Assembly (NCBI GenBank): GCA_963724325.1
Contig: CAVRUH010000007.1
Location: 352,001-416,000, forward strand
Direction of reading: 5' to 3'
Origin: Waddliaceae bacterium
GTDB lineage: Bacteria; Chlamydiota; Chlamydiia; Chlamydiales; Waddliaceae
Length of the DNA stretch: 64,000 bases
In this document: piece after piece, positions 1 through 10,352 of the stretch
Layout of the letters: the number at the start of each line of letters is the position of its first letter
How positions within the stretch are numbered: the stretch's first letter is position 1
Notes under the pieces: generated by a model
Databases searched by the model: none
What the model was told of the DNA's origin: nothing
Seen by the model: only the letters and a program-made list of their open reading frames with translations
Program-made: the position numbers and the translations under genes

Positions 1-1383
1 CCGAAGGATGACAGGGTCGACCCCAAAGAAGGGCTTTGTGGCGCATCCTGGCTTGATTGGATGGCTTCCAGGCAGGGGGGTGATCATAATCCCTCCTGTC
101 TCGGTTTGCCACCATGTATCGACTATTGGACACTTTCCCTTGCCAATGATCTCATAATACCACATCCAGGCCTCAGGATTTATGGGTTCGCCCACTGTAC
201 CAAGGATGCGCAGGGATGCAAGGCTGTATTTCATGGGGTAGTCGGGACCCATGCTTATCAGAGTTCGGATTGCCGTTGGGGCGGTATAAAATACTGTTAC
301 CTTGTATTTATCTATGATCTGCCAAAATCGACCTGCATCGGGATAAGTGGGGATCCCTTCAAACATCAGAGTTGCGGCACCGTTAGCCAGGGGACCATAA
401 ACACAATAGCTATGTCCCGTGACCCATCCGATGTCGGCTGTGCACCAGTAAATGTCATTTTCGTGAATGTCAAAGACGTATTTATGCGTCAAAGCTGCAT
501 GTAAAAGATATCCGGCCTGAGTATGGACTACTCCTTTGGGTTTTCCAGTGGAACCTGAAGTATACAAGATAAAAAGGGGATCCTCAGCATTCATAACTTC
601 GGGATCTGCGGTTTCCGCAACACCTTCTATGATTTCGTGCCACCATAGGTCACGCCCTTGGGTCATGTGGCAATGGTCGTCGGTCCGTTTAAAAACAATT
701 ACTTTCTCAATCGAAGGGCAGTGAGGGAGCGCCTCATCCGCTATCCCTTTCAGGGGAATATGCTTCCCTCCACGTAAAGAAATATTGGATGTGATCAAAA
801 GTTTGCATTGAGAATCATTAATGCGATGCACGAGAGATTCGGCGCTAAAACCTCCGAAAACAATCGAATGAACGGCCCCAATGCGCGCACAGGCTAACAT
901 CGCGATGGCAAGCTCGGGAATCATCGGCATATAAATGCAAATGCGGTCTCCTTTTTTGATTCCGAGAGAACGGAGAACATTTGAAAATTTACAAACTTGT
1001 TTGTGAAGCTCAGAATAGCTTAGGATTTGCCTGTCATCGTCTCGTTCTCCTTGCCATATGATTGCTGGTTTGCCTGATAGGTGCCTGTCTAGGCAATTGA
1101 TGCTGACATTGAGTTTCCCGTCTTCGAACCATGTGTGGCGAATCGTGTTTGAGGCACTGTTCCAGTCGTATTTGCATGCCATTGCGGGCTTTTGAAACCA
1201 TTCCAATGTTTTCGACTGCTCTAACCAGAAGGCATCGGGCTCTTCTATCGAGCGGCGGTACATTTCTCGATATTCTTGAAGGTTTTGAATATGTGCTCCC
1301 TTCGACAGTGCAGCTGGAGGTAGAAAAATGCGATCCTCATGCATGAGGTTCATCACACTTATGTCTTGATTTTTCTTTTTCAT
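1..1383 (-). CDS. acs: Acetyl-CoA synthetase, 5' part (runs off the window start)
   Basis: Not in the ORF track; translated by hand from ATG at 1383: MKKKNQDISV...YRRSIEEPDAFW...WFEDGKLNVSINCLDRHL, later LYTSGSTGKPKGV (AMP-binding motif) and DTWWQTETGG. Confidence 0.93.
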   Translation of the reverse strand, partial: MKKKNQDISVMNLMHEDRIFLPPAALSKGAHIQNLQEYREMYRRSIEEPDAFWLEQSKTLEWFQKPAMACKYDWNSASNTIRHTWFEDGKLNVSINCLDRHLSGKPAIIWQGERDDDRQILSYSELHKQVCKFSNVLRSLGIKKGDRICIYMPMIPELAIAMLACARIGAVHSIVFGGFSAESLVHRINDSQCKLLITSNISLRGGKHIPLKGIADEALPHCPSIEKVIVFKRTDDHCHMTQGRDLWWHEIIEGVAETADPEVMNAEDPLFILYTSGSTGKPKGVVHTQAGYLLHAALTHKYVFDIHENDIYWCTADIGWVTGHSYCVYGPLANGAATLMFEGIPTYPDAGRFWQIIDKYKVTVFYTAPTAIRTLISMGPDYPMKYSLASLRILGTVGEPINPEAWMWYYEIIGKGKCPIVDTWWQTETGGIMITPLPGSHPIKPGCATKPFFGVDPVILR

Positions 1384-1504
1384 AATGCGTAACATTAACC
1401 GCAATTTCGAATTTTTTTTCAAGGATCAAAATTTCTCTTGGCAAATTCAAGGCAAATAGTGTATAGCTCTTGGCTTAAGAAAAAATAAAACAAAGGAACG
1501 TAAA

Positions 1505-1711
1505 ATGATCACTTCATGCCCTAGATGTAACTCAAAGTCTCTTAAAAGAAACGGATTCACACGGCACGGCAAGCAAAATCAACGCTGCTTGGACTGTGGA
1601 AAGCAATTTTCATCCGAACCAAATGTGTCCATCGTCGTCGTTTCGGAAGACGAAGTGAGCAATAAAACCGCTGAATCATGCCCATTTATGGCATCTTTTA
1701 AAACAGAGTGA
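1505..1711 (+). CDS. Small zinc-ribbon protein resembling the IS1 InsA N-terminus
   Basis: CPRCNS...KRNG...GKQNQRCLDCGKQF pattern; AAGGA RBS; GTGA overlap with the next gene. Confidence 0.65.
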   Translation: MITSCPRCNSKSLKRNGFTRHGKQNQRCLDCGKQFSSEPNVSIVVVSEDEVSNKTAESCPFMASFKTE

Positions 1712-2667
1712 TGAAACCCAAGCTGATTTCATCACAAAAAATTTGGGATGCAGAACCTCATTGTGCCATGACGGACCTGATCCATTTTCAAGAGAATTGG
1801 TTCTGTGCCTTCCGCGAGTCGGATAGGCACGTCCATGGCAGGGATGGGCTCATTCGAATCATCCAAAGCACCGATGGCATTGATTGGACAAATGCGATGT
1901 CCTTCGGTGAGCCGGGCGCTGATTTTCGCGACCCCAAATTTTCGTTGACTCCGGATGGGAGATTGATGCTCTTATTCGGCGTGACATATTACGAAAACAA
2001 AAAATATGTGTATAGACAGCCGCGCGTTAGTTTTTCTGCGGATGGTATTGAGTGGACCAAGCCTAAACCGATCTTGACGCCGCATGAATGGCTCTGGAGG
2101 GTTACGTGGCACGATGGCATCGCTTATGGAGCCTCTTATAGTCTCTCGAATATTGAAAACATGCGTGATGAATGGCACATCAAACTTTTTAAAAGCTCGG
2201 ATGGCATTGCCTATGATCTAATCACCCAATGGGATATTCCAGGGTATCCAAGCGAGGCTACGTTGCAATTTCTCAAGGACGGAACCATGATTGCTTTAGT
2301 TCGAAGAGAAAAACGAAACGACAATAATGCCTGGATCGGTTCTAGCGTCTTTCCATACAAGAGTTGGCAATGGAATGATGCTAAAAATCATTTAGGCGGA
2401 CCAAATTTTGTCATTCTCCCTCATGGAAATATGTGGGCGGCTGGCCGAATTGTAGAACCTACTCCTTATGGAGTATTTGAAAAAACGGCATTGGCGAAAA
2501 TGACGATGCATAAATTAAGTCCTGAGCTCTATTTACCGAGCGGCGGGGAAGATACAAGTTATCCGGGTTTGGTATATGATGATGGAGTCCTTTGGATGAG
2601 TTATTACTCATCACATGAAGGGACAACTGCCATTTATCTTGCTCGGATTCAGTTCAATCATATATAA
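1708..2667 (+). CDS. BNR/Asp-box beta-propeller (exo-sialidase-like) protein
   Basis: Asp-box repeats STDGIDW, SADGIEW, SSDGIAY; RDP motif; DTSYPG near the C-terminus. Confidence 0.75.
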   Translation: MMKPKLISSQKIWDAEPHCAMTDLIHFQENWFCAFRESDRHVHGRDGLIRIIQSTDGIDWTNAMSFGEPGADFRDPKFSLTPDGRLMLLFGVTYYENKKYVYRQPRVSFSADGIEWTKPKPILTPHEWLWRVTWHDGIAYGASYSLSNIENMRDEWHIKLFKSSDGIAYDLITQWDIPGYPSEATLQFLKDGTMIALVRREKRNDNNAWIGSSVFPYKSWQWNDAKNHLGGPNFVILPHGNMWAAGRIVEPTPYGVFEKTALAKMTMHKLSPELYLPSGGEDTSYPGLVYDDGVLWMSYYSSHEGTTAIYLARIQFNHI

Positions 2668-2691
2668 TCACCAAAAAAATAGGAGGAATCC

Positions 2692-3297
2692 ATGCGTCTT
2701 TTCAATCAATTTCTTATTTTAACATTTTTAACTACATGTTTTTTCACTCTATCATCTAACAAGGAAGCAACACCTATGCAAAATACAAAAGTAGAAAATC
2801 CGGTCGTACTCATGAAAACATCCATGGGGGACATTAAAATCGAGCTTTATCCAGACAAGGCTCCAATCACAGTGCAGAATTTTCTTCAGTATGTGAAAAG
2901 CGGGTATTATGAACACACAATTTTTCACCGTGTCATTGATGGCTTTATGATTCAAGGCGGAGGTTTTACAGCCAATATGTCCCAAAAGAGCAATCTTGCA
3001 CCGATTAAGAATGAAGCAGCCAATGGATTGAAGAATACCCGTGGTACGATTGCCATGGCACGAACTTCGGTTGTCGACAGTGCATCGTCACAGTTTTTCA
3101 TCAACGTCGCTGATAATGCATTTTTGAATTATAGAGGCAATAATCCTCAAGAATTTGGTTATTGCGTTTTTGGTAAAGTCATTGATGGAATGGATGTCGT
3201 AGATAAAATTAAGGCTGTAGATACAACGACCATTGGTCCAAATGCCAATGTGCCTGTTAAGCCAGTAGAAATTTTAAGTGTAACAGAAATAAAGTAA
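2692..3297 (+). CDS. ppiA: Cyclophilin-type peptidyl-prolyl isomerase with signal peptide
   Basis: [45 protein letters not shown]. Confidence 0.95.
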   Translation: MRLFNQFLILTFLTTCFFTLSSNKEATPMQNTKVENPVVLMKTSMGDIKIELYPDKAPITVQNFLQYVKSGYYEHTIFHRVIDGFMIQGGGFTANMSQKSNLAPIKNEAANGLKNTRGTIAMARTSVVDSASSQFFINVADNAFLNYRGNNPQEFGYCVFGKVIDGMDVVDKIKAVDTTTIGPNANVPVKPVEILSVTEIK

Positions 3298-3303
3298 AGA
3301 AGT

Positions 3304-3332
3304 GATCGAGCCCAATAAATTTGGGCTCGATC
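3304..3332. terminator. Hairpin between convergent genes (REP-like; possible bidirectional terminator)
   Basis: GATCGAGCCCAA-TAAAT-TTGGGCTCGATC, 12-bp perfect stem. Confidence 0.65.
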
Positions 3333-3341
3333 TGTAATCAT

Positions 3342-3968
3342 TTAGAAATCAACGGCCATATCACTAAAATCAGTTTGAATACTATTCTGCTCAAGTGGTC
3401 CGTTTATGTCATTTTCATCCTTAAATTTTTTAAGGTTAATCGATAACAGTGCGAAAGCTTGACCCATAATTTCTGGATTTGTGAATGAACTATTCGCGGT
3501 AATTGTATCTAATAGTAACATCACTTTAAGAGGGGAATTATCCGTTGATGTTTTTAAGTCTTCCAAAAATTCGGTTGCTTTAGCTTGCAATTCGTTTGTC
3601 GAGTTTACATGTATTTGCAATGCACCATTTAAGAATGGAAACAATTGGTTTGCAACAGGCATGAGTGCATTGAAACTTTCCTGCTGTCTTTGTTCGCTCC
3701 AGTGAGCAAATACGCTTAATTGTTCTGGTCTTGGTGTATTACGCACAATAATTGCTGCTGGAATGGTATATAGAAGTCCAACAACGCTTAATACGAGGGC
3801 TAGTGCTAGCAGTATTCTGATTGCAACGCAGTAAATTTTTTTCTCTTGAACGCCGCGACCATCGGCTCTTGGAGTAATTTCTCTTCCTCCTAACATGCCG
3901 CGTAGGCCTTTTGTGAATTTTTGACCTGCTGTCTCTGTGCCATAAGTGTCTAGTTTTGTGATTTGCAT
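3342..3968 (-). CDS. Hypothetical protein with one long hydrophobic hairpin (Inc-like candidate effector)
   Basis: GGAGA RBS; hydrophobic stretch IYCVAIRILLALALVLSVVGLLYTIPAAIIV; AT-rich upstream region. Confidence 0.6.
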   Translation of the reverse strand: MQITKLDTYGTETAGQKFTKGLRGMLGGREITPRADGRGVQEKKIYCVAIRILLALALVLSVVGLLYTIPAAIIVRNTPRPEQLSVFAHWSEQRQQESFNALMPVANQLFPFLNGALQIHVNSTNELQAKATEFLEDLKTSTDNSPLKVMLLLDTITANSSFTNPEIMGQAFALLSINLKKFKDENDINGPLEQNSIQTDFSDMAVDF

Positions 3969-4071
3969 AATTTTATCTCCTTTAATTATTTTTTAAGTTT
4001 ATTTTATCATTTATATATTTAATTATATACTAAAAATGTTAAGAAATAATAAAGAATTTGTTGTGCATAGG

Positions 4072-4114
4072 AAAAAAGGACCAAAATGCACTTCTTGGGT
4101 CCTTTTGGTCCTTT
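4072..4114 (-). terminator. Intrinsic terminator of the T3SS operon
   Basis: Inverted repeat AAAGGACCAAAA (4075-4086) / TTTTGGTCCTTT (4103-4114), with a T-run on the minus strand, ~20 bp after the scc1 stop. Confidence 0.65.
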
Positions 4115-4134
4115 CGGGTATTTGGCGGCTGAGT

Positions 4135-4611
4135 TTACATAAGCCCGCCGAAGAAGCCGCGGGAGCGGCCGCCGGCGCTGATATTTTCTAGGGTGGTGGC
4201 GACTGGTATTTGGTTGTTATTGAGGAGCTCTTTCCAGGCAAGGGCTCTTTTCATTAGAGGCGTCAAGAAATCGGCCACGCGCTCTCCGGTGAGGTTCTTC
4301 ATGGGTAAAAACTGAAACAAGACAAGCTGTTCATTGCCTGCGGAGTAGGCAAAGGTGCCATATCGCGGGTAGGGGAATCCATTGGCCTTTAAGGCCTCGC
4401 GAAGAACATCCTCACGGTATCTTCCTGGAGGCAATTCGCCGAGTTTCGTATATAAAAGCAAATCTTCTCCACTAGCAGCGGGCTCAACATATACTTCTAA
4501 ACCATTTGGAAATTTGATCAGGCAGGTATTATGTTCATCTAGGCTGAGGTCCTTGATATTCAGAGATGATCCTAATTCTTGCAGTATTGAATCAAAGGCA
4601 TTGGCAACCAT
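4135..4611 (-). CDS. scc1: Type III secretion chaperone, CesT/SycE family (Scc1-like)
   Basis: LSLDEHNTCLIKF...EALKANG...GTFAYS; directly downstream of copN as in other chlamydiae. Confidence 0.85.
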   Translation of the reverse strand: MVANAFDSILQELGSSLNIKDLSLDEHNTCLIKFPNGLEVYVEPAASGEDLLLYTKLGELPPGRYREDVLREALKANGFPYPRYGTFAYSAGNEQLVLFQFLPMKNLTGERVADFLTPLMKRALAWKELLNNNQIPVATTLENISAGGRSRGFFGGLM

Positions 4612-5810
4612 TATTTATCCTCCTTTTCTTCTTCTTCAATTTCATCTACGAAGGCACTCTTCTTTTCTTCTTCCTCTTCTTCTTCCTCGAATTCTTCTTC
4701 AAGATCTTCAAGGGCTTCGATGATGGCCATGAAAAGCTCATCACGGTGTTGTAGGCTGCGGTAAATTTGAAGCATCGAAAGTTCGCGAACTGAGTCGCGG
4801 AATTGGCTGAAGGCAATGATTTTTGCTAGAATCCAGTCATCGATATCTAAGGTTTTTCCTTGTCCTTTTACTTTGTCGGAAGAAGGATATCGCTCTGAAA
4901 CGAGGTTCATGAAGGCTTTGGCCATGGCTTCGAAGGTCAGTCCCTTCGGCATTTTCATGCCGCCTTTGGCGAATAGTTTTTCCATGAGTTTCATGCGGCC
5001 TTTGAAGAAACGGTAAACTCCCATGATTGCCTGGAAGACTTTGACCTCATTAATAAGCATAGCAAGTTCGCCTGGAGGTATCGATGGTCCTTTGGCCTTC
5101 ATGTCGGCGCCCAAAGAGTGGAATAAGAAGTTGACAACCTTCGTAAGCTCTTTGTAGCCATATTTCGAAGAGAGTTCGGTAAAGAGAGTCTGAGCATCGC
5201 GAGGATTTCCTGTAACATCGCGGTACATATCGCGCATTGAGGTGGGAGTTCCAAGTCCTTTTTCTGCTGCGGCTCGAGCTTGTTCGGAGATGTTGCGGCC
5301 AGCAGAAATTTCACGGCCTTTGTTATCGTTGAGCATGTCTTTGGCTTTTTGGACCGTTTGGTGCAGTTCGCCTTCGGTGGTGTCGAGGAGAAATTCCAAT
5401 GCTTCGTCAGCAAGAGAGGGGTCTTGATAGAATTCTTCGAGTTTTTCGAGGATTTCTTCTTCCGTGTCACCTGGTTTGATTTTTTCACGAAGGAGGACTA
5501 GAACTTTTGCTTGAAGCTCGGGATTTTTGTGTTCGTATTTTGCAGCGTCATCCGACATTTTTTCGACGGGCATGAGACGCTTATCTTTCATGGCCTCTTT
5601 GAGTTTACTGATATTTGAGGACCTAGCCTTGATTGGTTTCTCTTTTTTTTCGGCCCTCGGGCGTATGACAGTTTCTGAAGCCTCTAATTGTGCAGACTTC
5701 TGAGCACTAATTTTCTCGGCAGCAAGTTCCTGACGGTCTTCGTTGCCGACTTCAGCGAAGGCGGCGGAAGTAACGTCTTGTCTTTGAACTGACATATCAT
5801 CGCCAGGCAT
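4611..5810 (-). CDS. copN: T3SS gatekeeper CopN/SctW
   Basis: HrpJ-like DPSLADEALEFL, GREISAGRNI, TyeA-like C-terminus; position after sctV. Confidence 0.88.
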   Translation of the reverse strand: MPGDDMSVQRQDVTSAAFAEVGNEDRQELAAEKISAQKSAQLEASETVIRPRAEKKEKPIKARSSNISKLKEAMKDKRLMPVEKMSDDAAKYEHKNPELQAKVLVLLREKIKPGDTEEEILEKLEEFYQDPSLADEALEFLLDTTEGELHQTVQKAKDMLNDNKGREISAGRNISEQARAAAEKGLGTPTSMRDMYRDVTGNPRDAQTLFTELSSKYGYKELTKVVNFLFHSLGADMKAKGPSIPPGELAMLINEVKVFQAIMGVYRFFKGRMKLMEKLFAKGGMKMPKGLTFEAMAKAFMNLVSERYPSSDKVKGQGKTLDIDDWILAKIIAFSQFRDSVRELSMLQIYRSLQHRDELFMAIIEALEDLEEEFEEEEEEEEKKSAFVDEIEEEEKEDK

Positions 5811-5823
5811 CTTGGACTCCTAC

Positions 5824-7998
5824 TTAACTAAGTTGTATACGTCCTAGTGGTTGTATGCGGATTTCAGGCACAATTTCCTGATATGAAACCACAGAAATAT
5901 CAGAAAATTCCATTTCTACTAATTTACGAACAAATCGGCGAACGTCGATTGCCGTCAGCAACACAGGAGATTGACCTCCCGGAGGTGGCGGCGACACAGT
6001 ATTGCGGATTCCTTGCAGGATCAATTGTACTGTATCTGGATCCAACGCAAGGTAGGATCCGGCCGAAGTTTGTTTGATAGCGCCACGGACAAGGTCTTCG
6101 ATTTCAGGGTCCAGAATATATACCGAAAGGACTGACTGACCTTGTGAATACTTATAACTGATGTATCGCTTGAGAGATGAACGGACATATTCCGTCAGAA
6201 GAACGGTATCTTTTTCTGTTTGCGCCCATTCTGTAAGCGATTCTAATATCGTGCGAAGGTCTTTTACCGAAATTTGCTCTTGTATGAGCCTTTTAAATAT
6301 ATCTGTCAATTTCTGTAGAGGAATAAGTCTAGTGACTTCTTTAACAAGATCTGGAAATGATTTTTCCATAAATTCCAACATTGATTTCACTTCTTGAATT
6401 CCTACGAACTCATTGGCATATCTTCTAAAGAAGTAAGATAAGTGCAGAATCATCACTTCCAATGATGACCAATATTTAATTCCCGCCTTATCCAAAAGAT
6501 CTTTATTTTTTTCCTCAATCCACAACGAGGGCATCCCAAGCGAGTTTTTATAAGCTGTAAATGCCAAATTGTATCGGTTCAAGTTCTCAGCCGATTCATT
6601 CGTCAAGACATAACCCTGCAATACCTTTCCTCGTACTACTGGAACTTCATTTAAATGGATGGAATACTCATCTTTTTCCAAAATGGGGGAGTCAGTTCTG
6701 ACGTGAACCCCGGAAAATCTGACGCCAAGGTCAGAATAGAGAGCTTGACGCATTCTTGGAATCATTTGATCGACAAAGCTTCTGCCTCGTTGAGCCCTCT
6801 TGATTTCACCACTCAGTCCCGTTCCGCATTCAAGAATAACTGGCAGTGTCAAGGCGTAACTGTCAACACCGCCACCTGTAACAGCTGTGTGTTCCGCAAC
6901 GGCTGTATCGGACGTCGGACCAGCCGATTCGACGGAGGCGCCGCCTTCTGCTGCCTGTAGTCCGCCAGCTTCAAGTCTTTGTTGACGCGTGGTCCATAGG
7001 GCATATCCAATGAGACCAAATAGAGCTGAAAGTACCAAGAATGGAGGCTTTGGGAAGCCAGGAAGGGCAGCTAATGCTAGGCAAAATCCTGCAGCAATCA
7101 TCAAGGCTTTTGGCTGACCCATGATTTGCGAGCTTATTTCTCTACCCAAGTTAGCATTTTTAGCTTCACTCGTTACCCGCGTGGTAACGAAACCGGCAGT
7201 AATAGAAATGAGCAGCGCTGGAATTTGTGTAACCAGACCGTCACCAATGGTCAAAATGGAATACGTTTGAATCGCCTCGGTTGCAGACATGCCGTTAATT
7301 CCCATACCGATTGACAAACCACCAATAATATTGACCAAGGTAATGACGATACCGGCGATTGCATCTCCTTTAACGAACTTCATGGCACCATCCATAGCAC
7401 CATAGAGCTGGCTTTCCTTTTGAATGGCTAAACGTTTTTCACGGGCTTGGTTGGAGTCCAATATACCCGCACGCATGTCGGCATCAATACTCATCTGCTT
7501 ACCAGGCATAGCATCCAAAGTAAATCGGGCTGCTACCTCAGCAACACGCTCAGCACCCTTAACAATAACGATAAACTGCACCATCGCAATGATCACGAAA
7601 ACAACACCACCAACAATAAAGTTACCACCGACCACAAAGTTACCAAACTGGAAAATGATGTCCCCAGCGTGGGCGTGCAGCAAAATTTGCCGTGTCGCAG
7701 CAATGTTCAACGACAGGCGGTACAAAGTAGTAATCAAAAGCAGCGAGGGGAATATAGACAACTGGACAGCACTCTGGATATACAAGGCAACCATCAAAAG
7801 ACAAACAGAGGCCGATAAGTTGACCGCAATTAAGTAATCGATAACATCAGGAGGAACGGGCAAAATAATAATGGCCAAAATCATAAGGATAATCATCGCA
7901 AGGGCGACATCGCTTGACCTAGAAATTGTTGCCAACGATCGCTCTCCACCCAGCCTTGCGGTGATTCCATCTAGAACTTTTCTAATTGACTGAAACAT
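5824..7998 (-). CDS. sctV: T3SS export apparatus SctV (LcrD/FlhA family)
   Basis: KGAERVAEVAARFTLDAMPGKQMSIDAD; YGAMDGAMKFVKGD. Confidence 0.97.
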   Translation of the reverse strand: MFQSIRKVLDGITARLGGERSLATISRSSDVALAMIILMILAIIILPVPPDVIDYLIAVNLSASVCLLMVALYIQSAVQLSIFPSLLLITTLYRLSLNIAATRQILLHAHAGDIIFQFGNFVVGGNFIVGGVVFVIIAMVQFIVIVKGAERVAEVAARFTLDAMPGKQMSIDADMRAGILDSNQAREKRLAIQKESQLYGAMDGAMKFVKGDAIAGIVITLVNIIGGLSIGMGINGMSATEAIQTYSILTIGDGLVTQIPALLISITAGFVTTRVTSEAKNANLGREISSQIMGQPKALMIAAGFCLALAALPGFPKPPFLVLSALFGLIGYALWTTRQQRLEAGGLQAAEGGASVESAGPTSDTAVAEHTAVTGGGVDSYALTLPVILECGTGLSGEIKRAQRGRSFVDQMIPRMRQALYSDLGVRFSGVHVRTDSPILEKDEYSIHLNEVPVVRGKVLQGYVLTNESAENLNRYNLAFTAYKNSLGMPSLWIEEKNKDLLDKAGIKYWSSLEVMILHLSYFFRRYANEFVGIQEVKSMLEFMEKSFPDLVKEVTRLIPLQKLTDIFKRLIQEQISVKDLRTILESLTEWAQTEKDTVLLTEYVRSSLKRYISYKYSQGQSVLSVYILDPEIEDLVRGAIKQTSAGSYLALDPDTVQLILQGIRNTVSPPPPGGQSPVLLTAIDVRRFVRKLVEMEFSDISVVSYQEIVPEIRIQPLGRIQLS

Positions 7999-8016
7999 GA
8001 AATAATCTCCAAAATG

Positions 8017-9114
8017 TTACTTTTTATCTAATTTAGGTGTATCCTTCAACTCAATATCCACTTCTTCTCCCTCTTTGTCCAAAGAGGCAATCCAGCTTAG
8101 GATCTCTGCAATTGCTTCGTAAGTGTCCTCGGGAACATATTCATAAACGTCTCCATTTGCCCATAATTTGTGCGCTAAATCTATGTTTCTAATTACTGGA
8201 ATATTGTACTGTTCAGCGAAAAATATAATTCGTTCAGCAAGAAGTCCCTCTCCCATAGTCGTAATGTAGGGCGCTGCATCAAGATCTCGATTGTATCCAA
8301 TCGCAATTGCTAGATGGGTTGGATTGGTAACAACGGCTGCAGATTTTTTCACTCCTCCAGCTGGACCTTCCGAATAAGCAATCTCGTGAGCAATCTGTTT
8401 ACGTTTTCCCTTAATTTGAGGGTCGCCCTCAGTATTCTTATACTCTTGTTTGACCTCGAATTTTTCCATCATCATTTCCTTGCCAAAGGTATATTTCTGA
8501 TAAGCGAAGTCGATAACAGCAATAACAAGAAAGAATACCCCAACCTTAATGACTACTTCCATCAAGAAAGTCTCAAAAATAATCGCCGCACCACTCAGTG
8601 GCATCGCAACAGCTTTGGATATGACGGGAAGGCTTTTAATAACGACGCCATAAATCAGGTAGCAAGCAATGCTGATTTTTAGCATAGATTTTATCAATTC
8701 CACGAGAGTTTTCATTTTGAATTTGGCCTTTAAATTCTGGACCGGATCAAATTTTTTCATATCAAATTTGAAGACTTCAAGTGAGAATACAGGGCCAACC
8801 GCCAGGAAATTGATAATAACACCTACAAGCGCTACCCCGGCCATAATAGGAATTGAAGTAACGTAAATGACATACATTGCCTCGGTAAACATAGCAGGCA
8901 AAACTTTATCAAGTCCTGAATTAGATGACATTTTAAATGTGGTAACGAAAAATGTTCCAAGATAACTATACAGAGTAGACGCCATTGCAACAGTAATTGC
9001 TATTGAAACCACAAAAGTAAAGGCTGAAGGCAAATCCTGGGACTTAGCCACCTGCCCCTTTTTCCTGGCGTCTCTTAACTTCTTCGGCGTCGCTTTTTCA
9101 GTCTTCTCTGACAT
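8017..9114 (-). CDS. sctU: T3SS switch protein SctU (YscU/FlhB family)
   Basis: MSEKTEKATPKKLRDARKKGQV; EGDPQIK; NPTH autocleavage motif. Confidence 0.97.
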   Translation of the reverse strand: MSEKTEKATPKKLRDARKKGQVAKSQDLPSAFTFVVSIAITVAMASTLYSYLGTFFVTTFKMSSNSGLDKVLPAMFTEAMYVIYVTSIPIMAGVALVGVIINFLAVGPVFSLEVFKFDMKKFDPVQNLKAKFKMKTLVELIKSMLKISIACYLIYGVVIKSLPVISKAVAMPLSGAAIIFETFLMEVVIKVGVFFLVIAVIDFAYQKYTFGKEMMMEKFEVKQEYKNTEGDPQIKGKRKQIAHEIAYSEGPAGGVKKSAAVVTNPTHLAIAIGYNRDLDAAPYITTMGEGLLAERIIFFAEQYNIPVIRNIDLAHKLWANGDVYEYVPEDTYEAIAEILSWIASLDKEGEEVDIELKDTPKLDKK

Positions 9115-9143
9115 AATTAGGTAACTCCGTTCACTCTATCTTT

Positions 9144-9173
9144 AGTATATAACTTATTTTAGGTCTTTGTCAA
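9144..9173 (-). promoter_or_regulatory. Sigma66/70-type promoter of the sctU operon
   Basis: Minus strand TTGACA-18 bp-TATACT upstream of sctU. Confidence 0.55.
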
Positions 9174-9253
9174 GTAAATTTTGGAGTGGTAATTTACACA
9201 CGCTCCGTTTATCATAATATAACATTTAATGATTAAATTTGGTGCAAATTATT

Positions 9254-10351
9254 ATGCCTACACAGTTATCCTGCGGAATCGTCGGTCTTCCCAATGTGGG
9301 GAAATCCACATTATTTAACGCCTTAACGGCTAATCAAGCTCCATCATCAAACTACCCATTTTGCACAATTGAGCCAAATGTTGGTATTGTAGAGGTGCTA
9401 GATCCCCGTATTAAACAATTATCAGACCTTTCAAAAAGCCAAAAACTGGTCTATGCAACGGTAAAATTCGTTGATATTGCCGGTTTGGTCAAGGGAGCCT
9501 CGAAAGGGGAGGGCCTAGGGAATAAATTCCTGACCAATATTCGAGAAACGGATGCCATTTGCCATGTTGTAAGATGTTTTGATTCAACAGATATCATCCA
9601 CGTCGCAGGAACCGTTGACCCAATTGCCGATATCGAGGTCATTAACCTAGAACTTTGCCTCTCCGACCTCCAATCGGCCGAAAATATCATCGAAAGACTA
9701 GAAAAACAGGTAAAAAGCAAAAAAGAGCTCATTCCTGCATTGGATGCTATGAAAAAAGTGAGCGAACATCTCAACAAAAGTTTGCCAATGCGAACATTGG
9801 AATTGACCGATAAAGAGAAAGAGGCCCTAAAACCCTACCCCTTTTTGACCTCTAAAAAAGTTCTTTATGTGGCCAATGTCTCCGAAAACGACCTGCCTTC
9901 CATGGAAAATGCCTACGTACAAAAGGTGCGCGCATATGCCCAATCCGAAGGAAATAGCGTCATTACCATCTGCGCCAGGCTTGAAGAAGAAATTTCACAG
10001 CTTCCCAAGGAAGAACAAAAAGGATTTTTAGAGACATTGGGATTGACTGAATCAGGATTGAACCGGCTCGCAAGGGAATCATTCCATATGCTAGATCTAA
10101 TTACTTATCTAACCACTGGAGAGATCGAAACCCGCGCCTGGACCATTCACAAAGGGATGTCAGCCGTCGAAGCCGCCGCCGAAATCCACACAGATATCTC
10201 AAAAGGATTCATTCGAGCCGAAGTAGTATCATTTGATGACATGATAAAATACAGCAGCCGCGTGGCCGCCCGCGAACACGGCAAAGCCCGTTCCGAAGGG
10301 AAAGAATACACCGTAAAAGATGGGGATGTTATCCTATTTATGCATAATTGA
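9254..10351 (+). CDS. ychF: Redox-regulated ATPase YchF
   Basis: GIVGLPNVGKSTLFNALT, NYPFCTIEPN, DIAGLV, TGS domain; ATG at 9254 preferred as start. Confidence 0.97.
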   Translation: MPTQLSCGIVGLPNVGKSTLFNALTANQAPSSNYPFCTIEPNVGIVEVLDPRIKQLSDLSKSQKLVYATVKFVDIAGLVKGASKGEGLGNKFLTNIRETDAICHVVRCFDSTDIIHVAGTVDPIADIEVINLELCLSDLQSAENIIERLEKQVKSKKELIPALDAMKKVSEHLNKSLPMRTLELTDKEKEALKPYPFLTSKKVLYVANVSENDLPSMENAYVQKVRAYAQSEGNSVITICARLEEEISQLPKEEQKGFLETLGLTESGLNRLARESFHMLDLITYLTTGEIETRAWTIHKGMSAVEAAAEIHTDISKGFIRAEVVSFDDMIKYSSRVAAREHGKARSEGKEYTVKDGDVILFMHN

Positions 10352-10352
10352 G

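Noticed and set aside
61..1346. Plus-strand ORFs 61-504, 536-724 and 1131-1346
   Set aside because: Antisense shadows of acs on the minus strand
4620..4710. Glu-rich run at the CopN C-terminus as a repeat element
   Set aside because: Low-complexity coding sequence only
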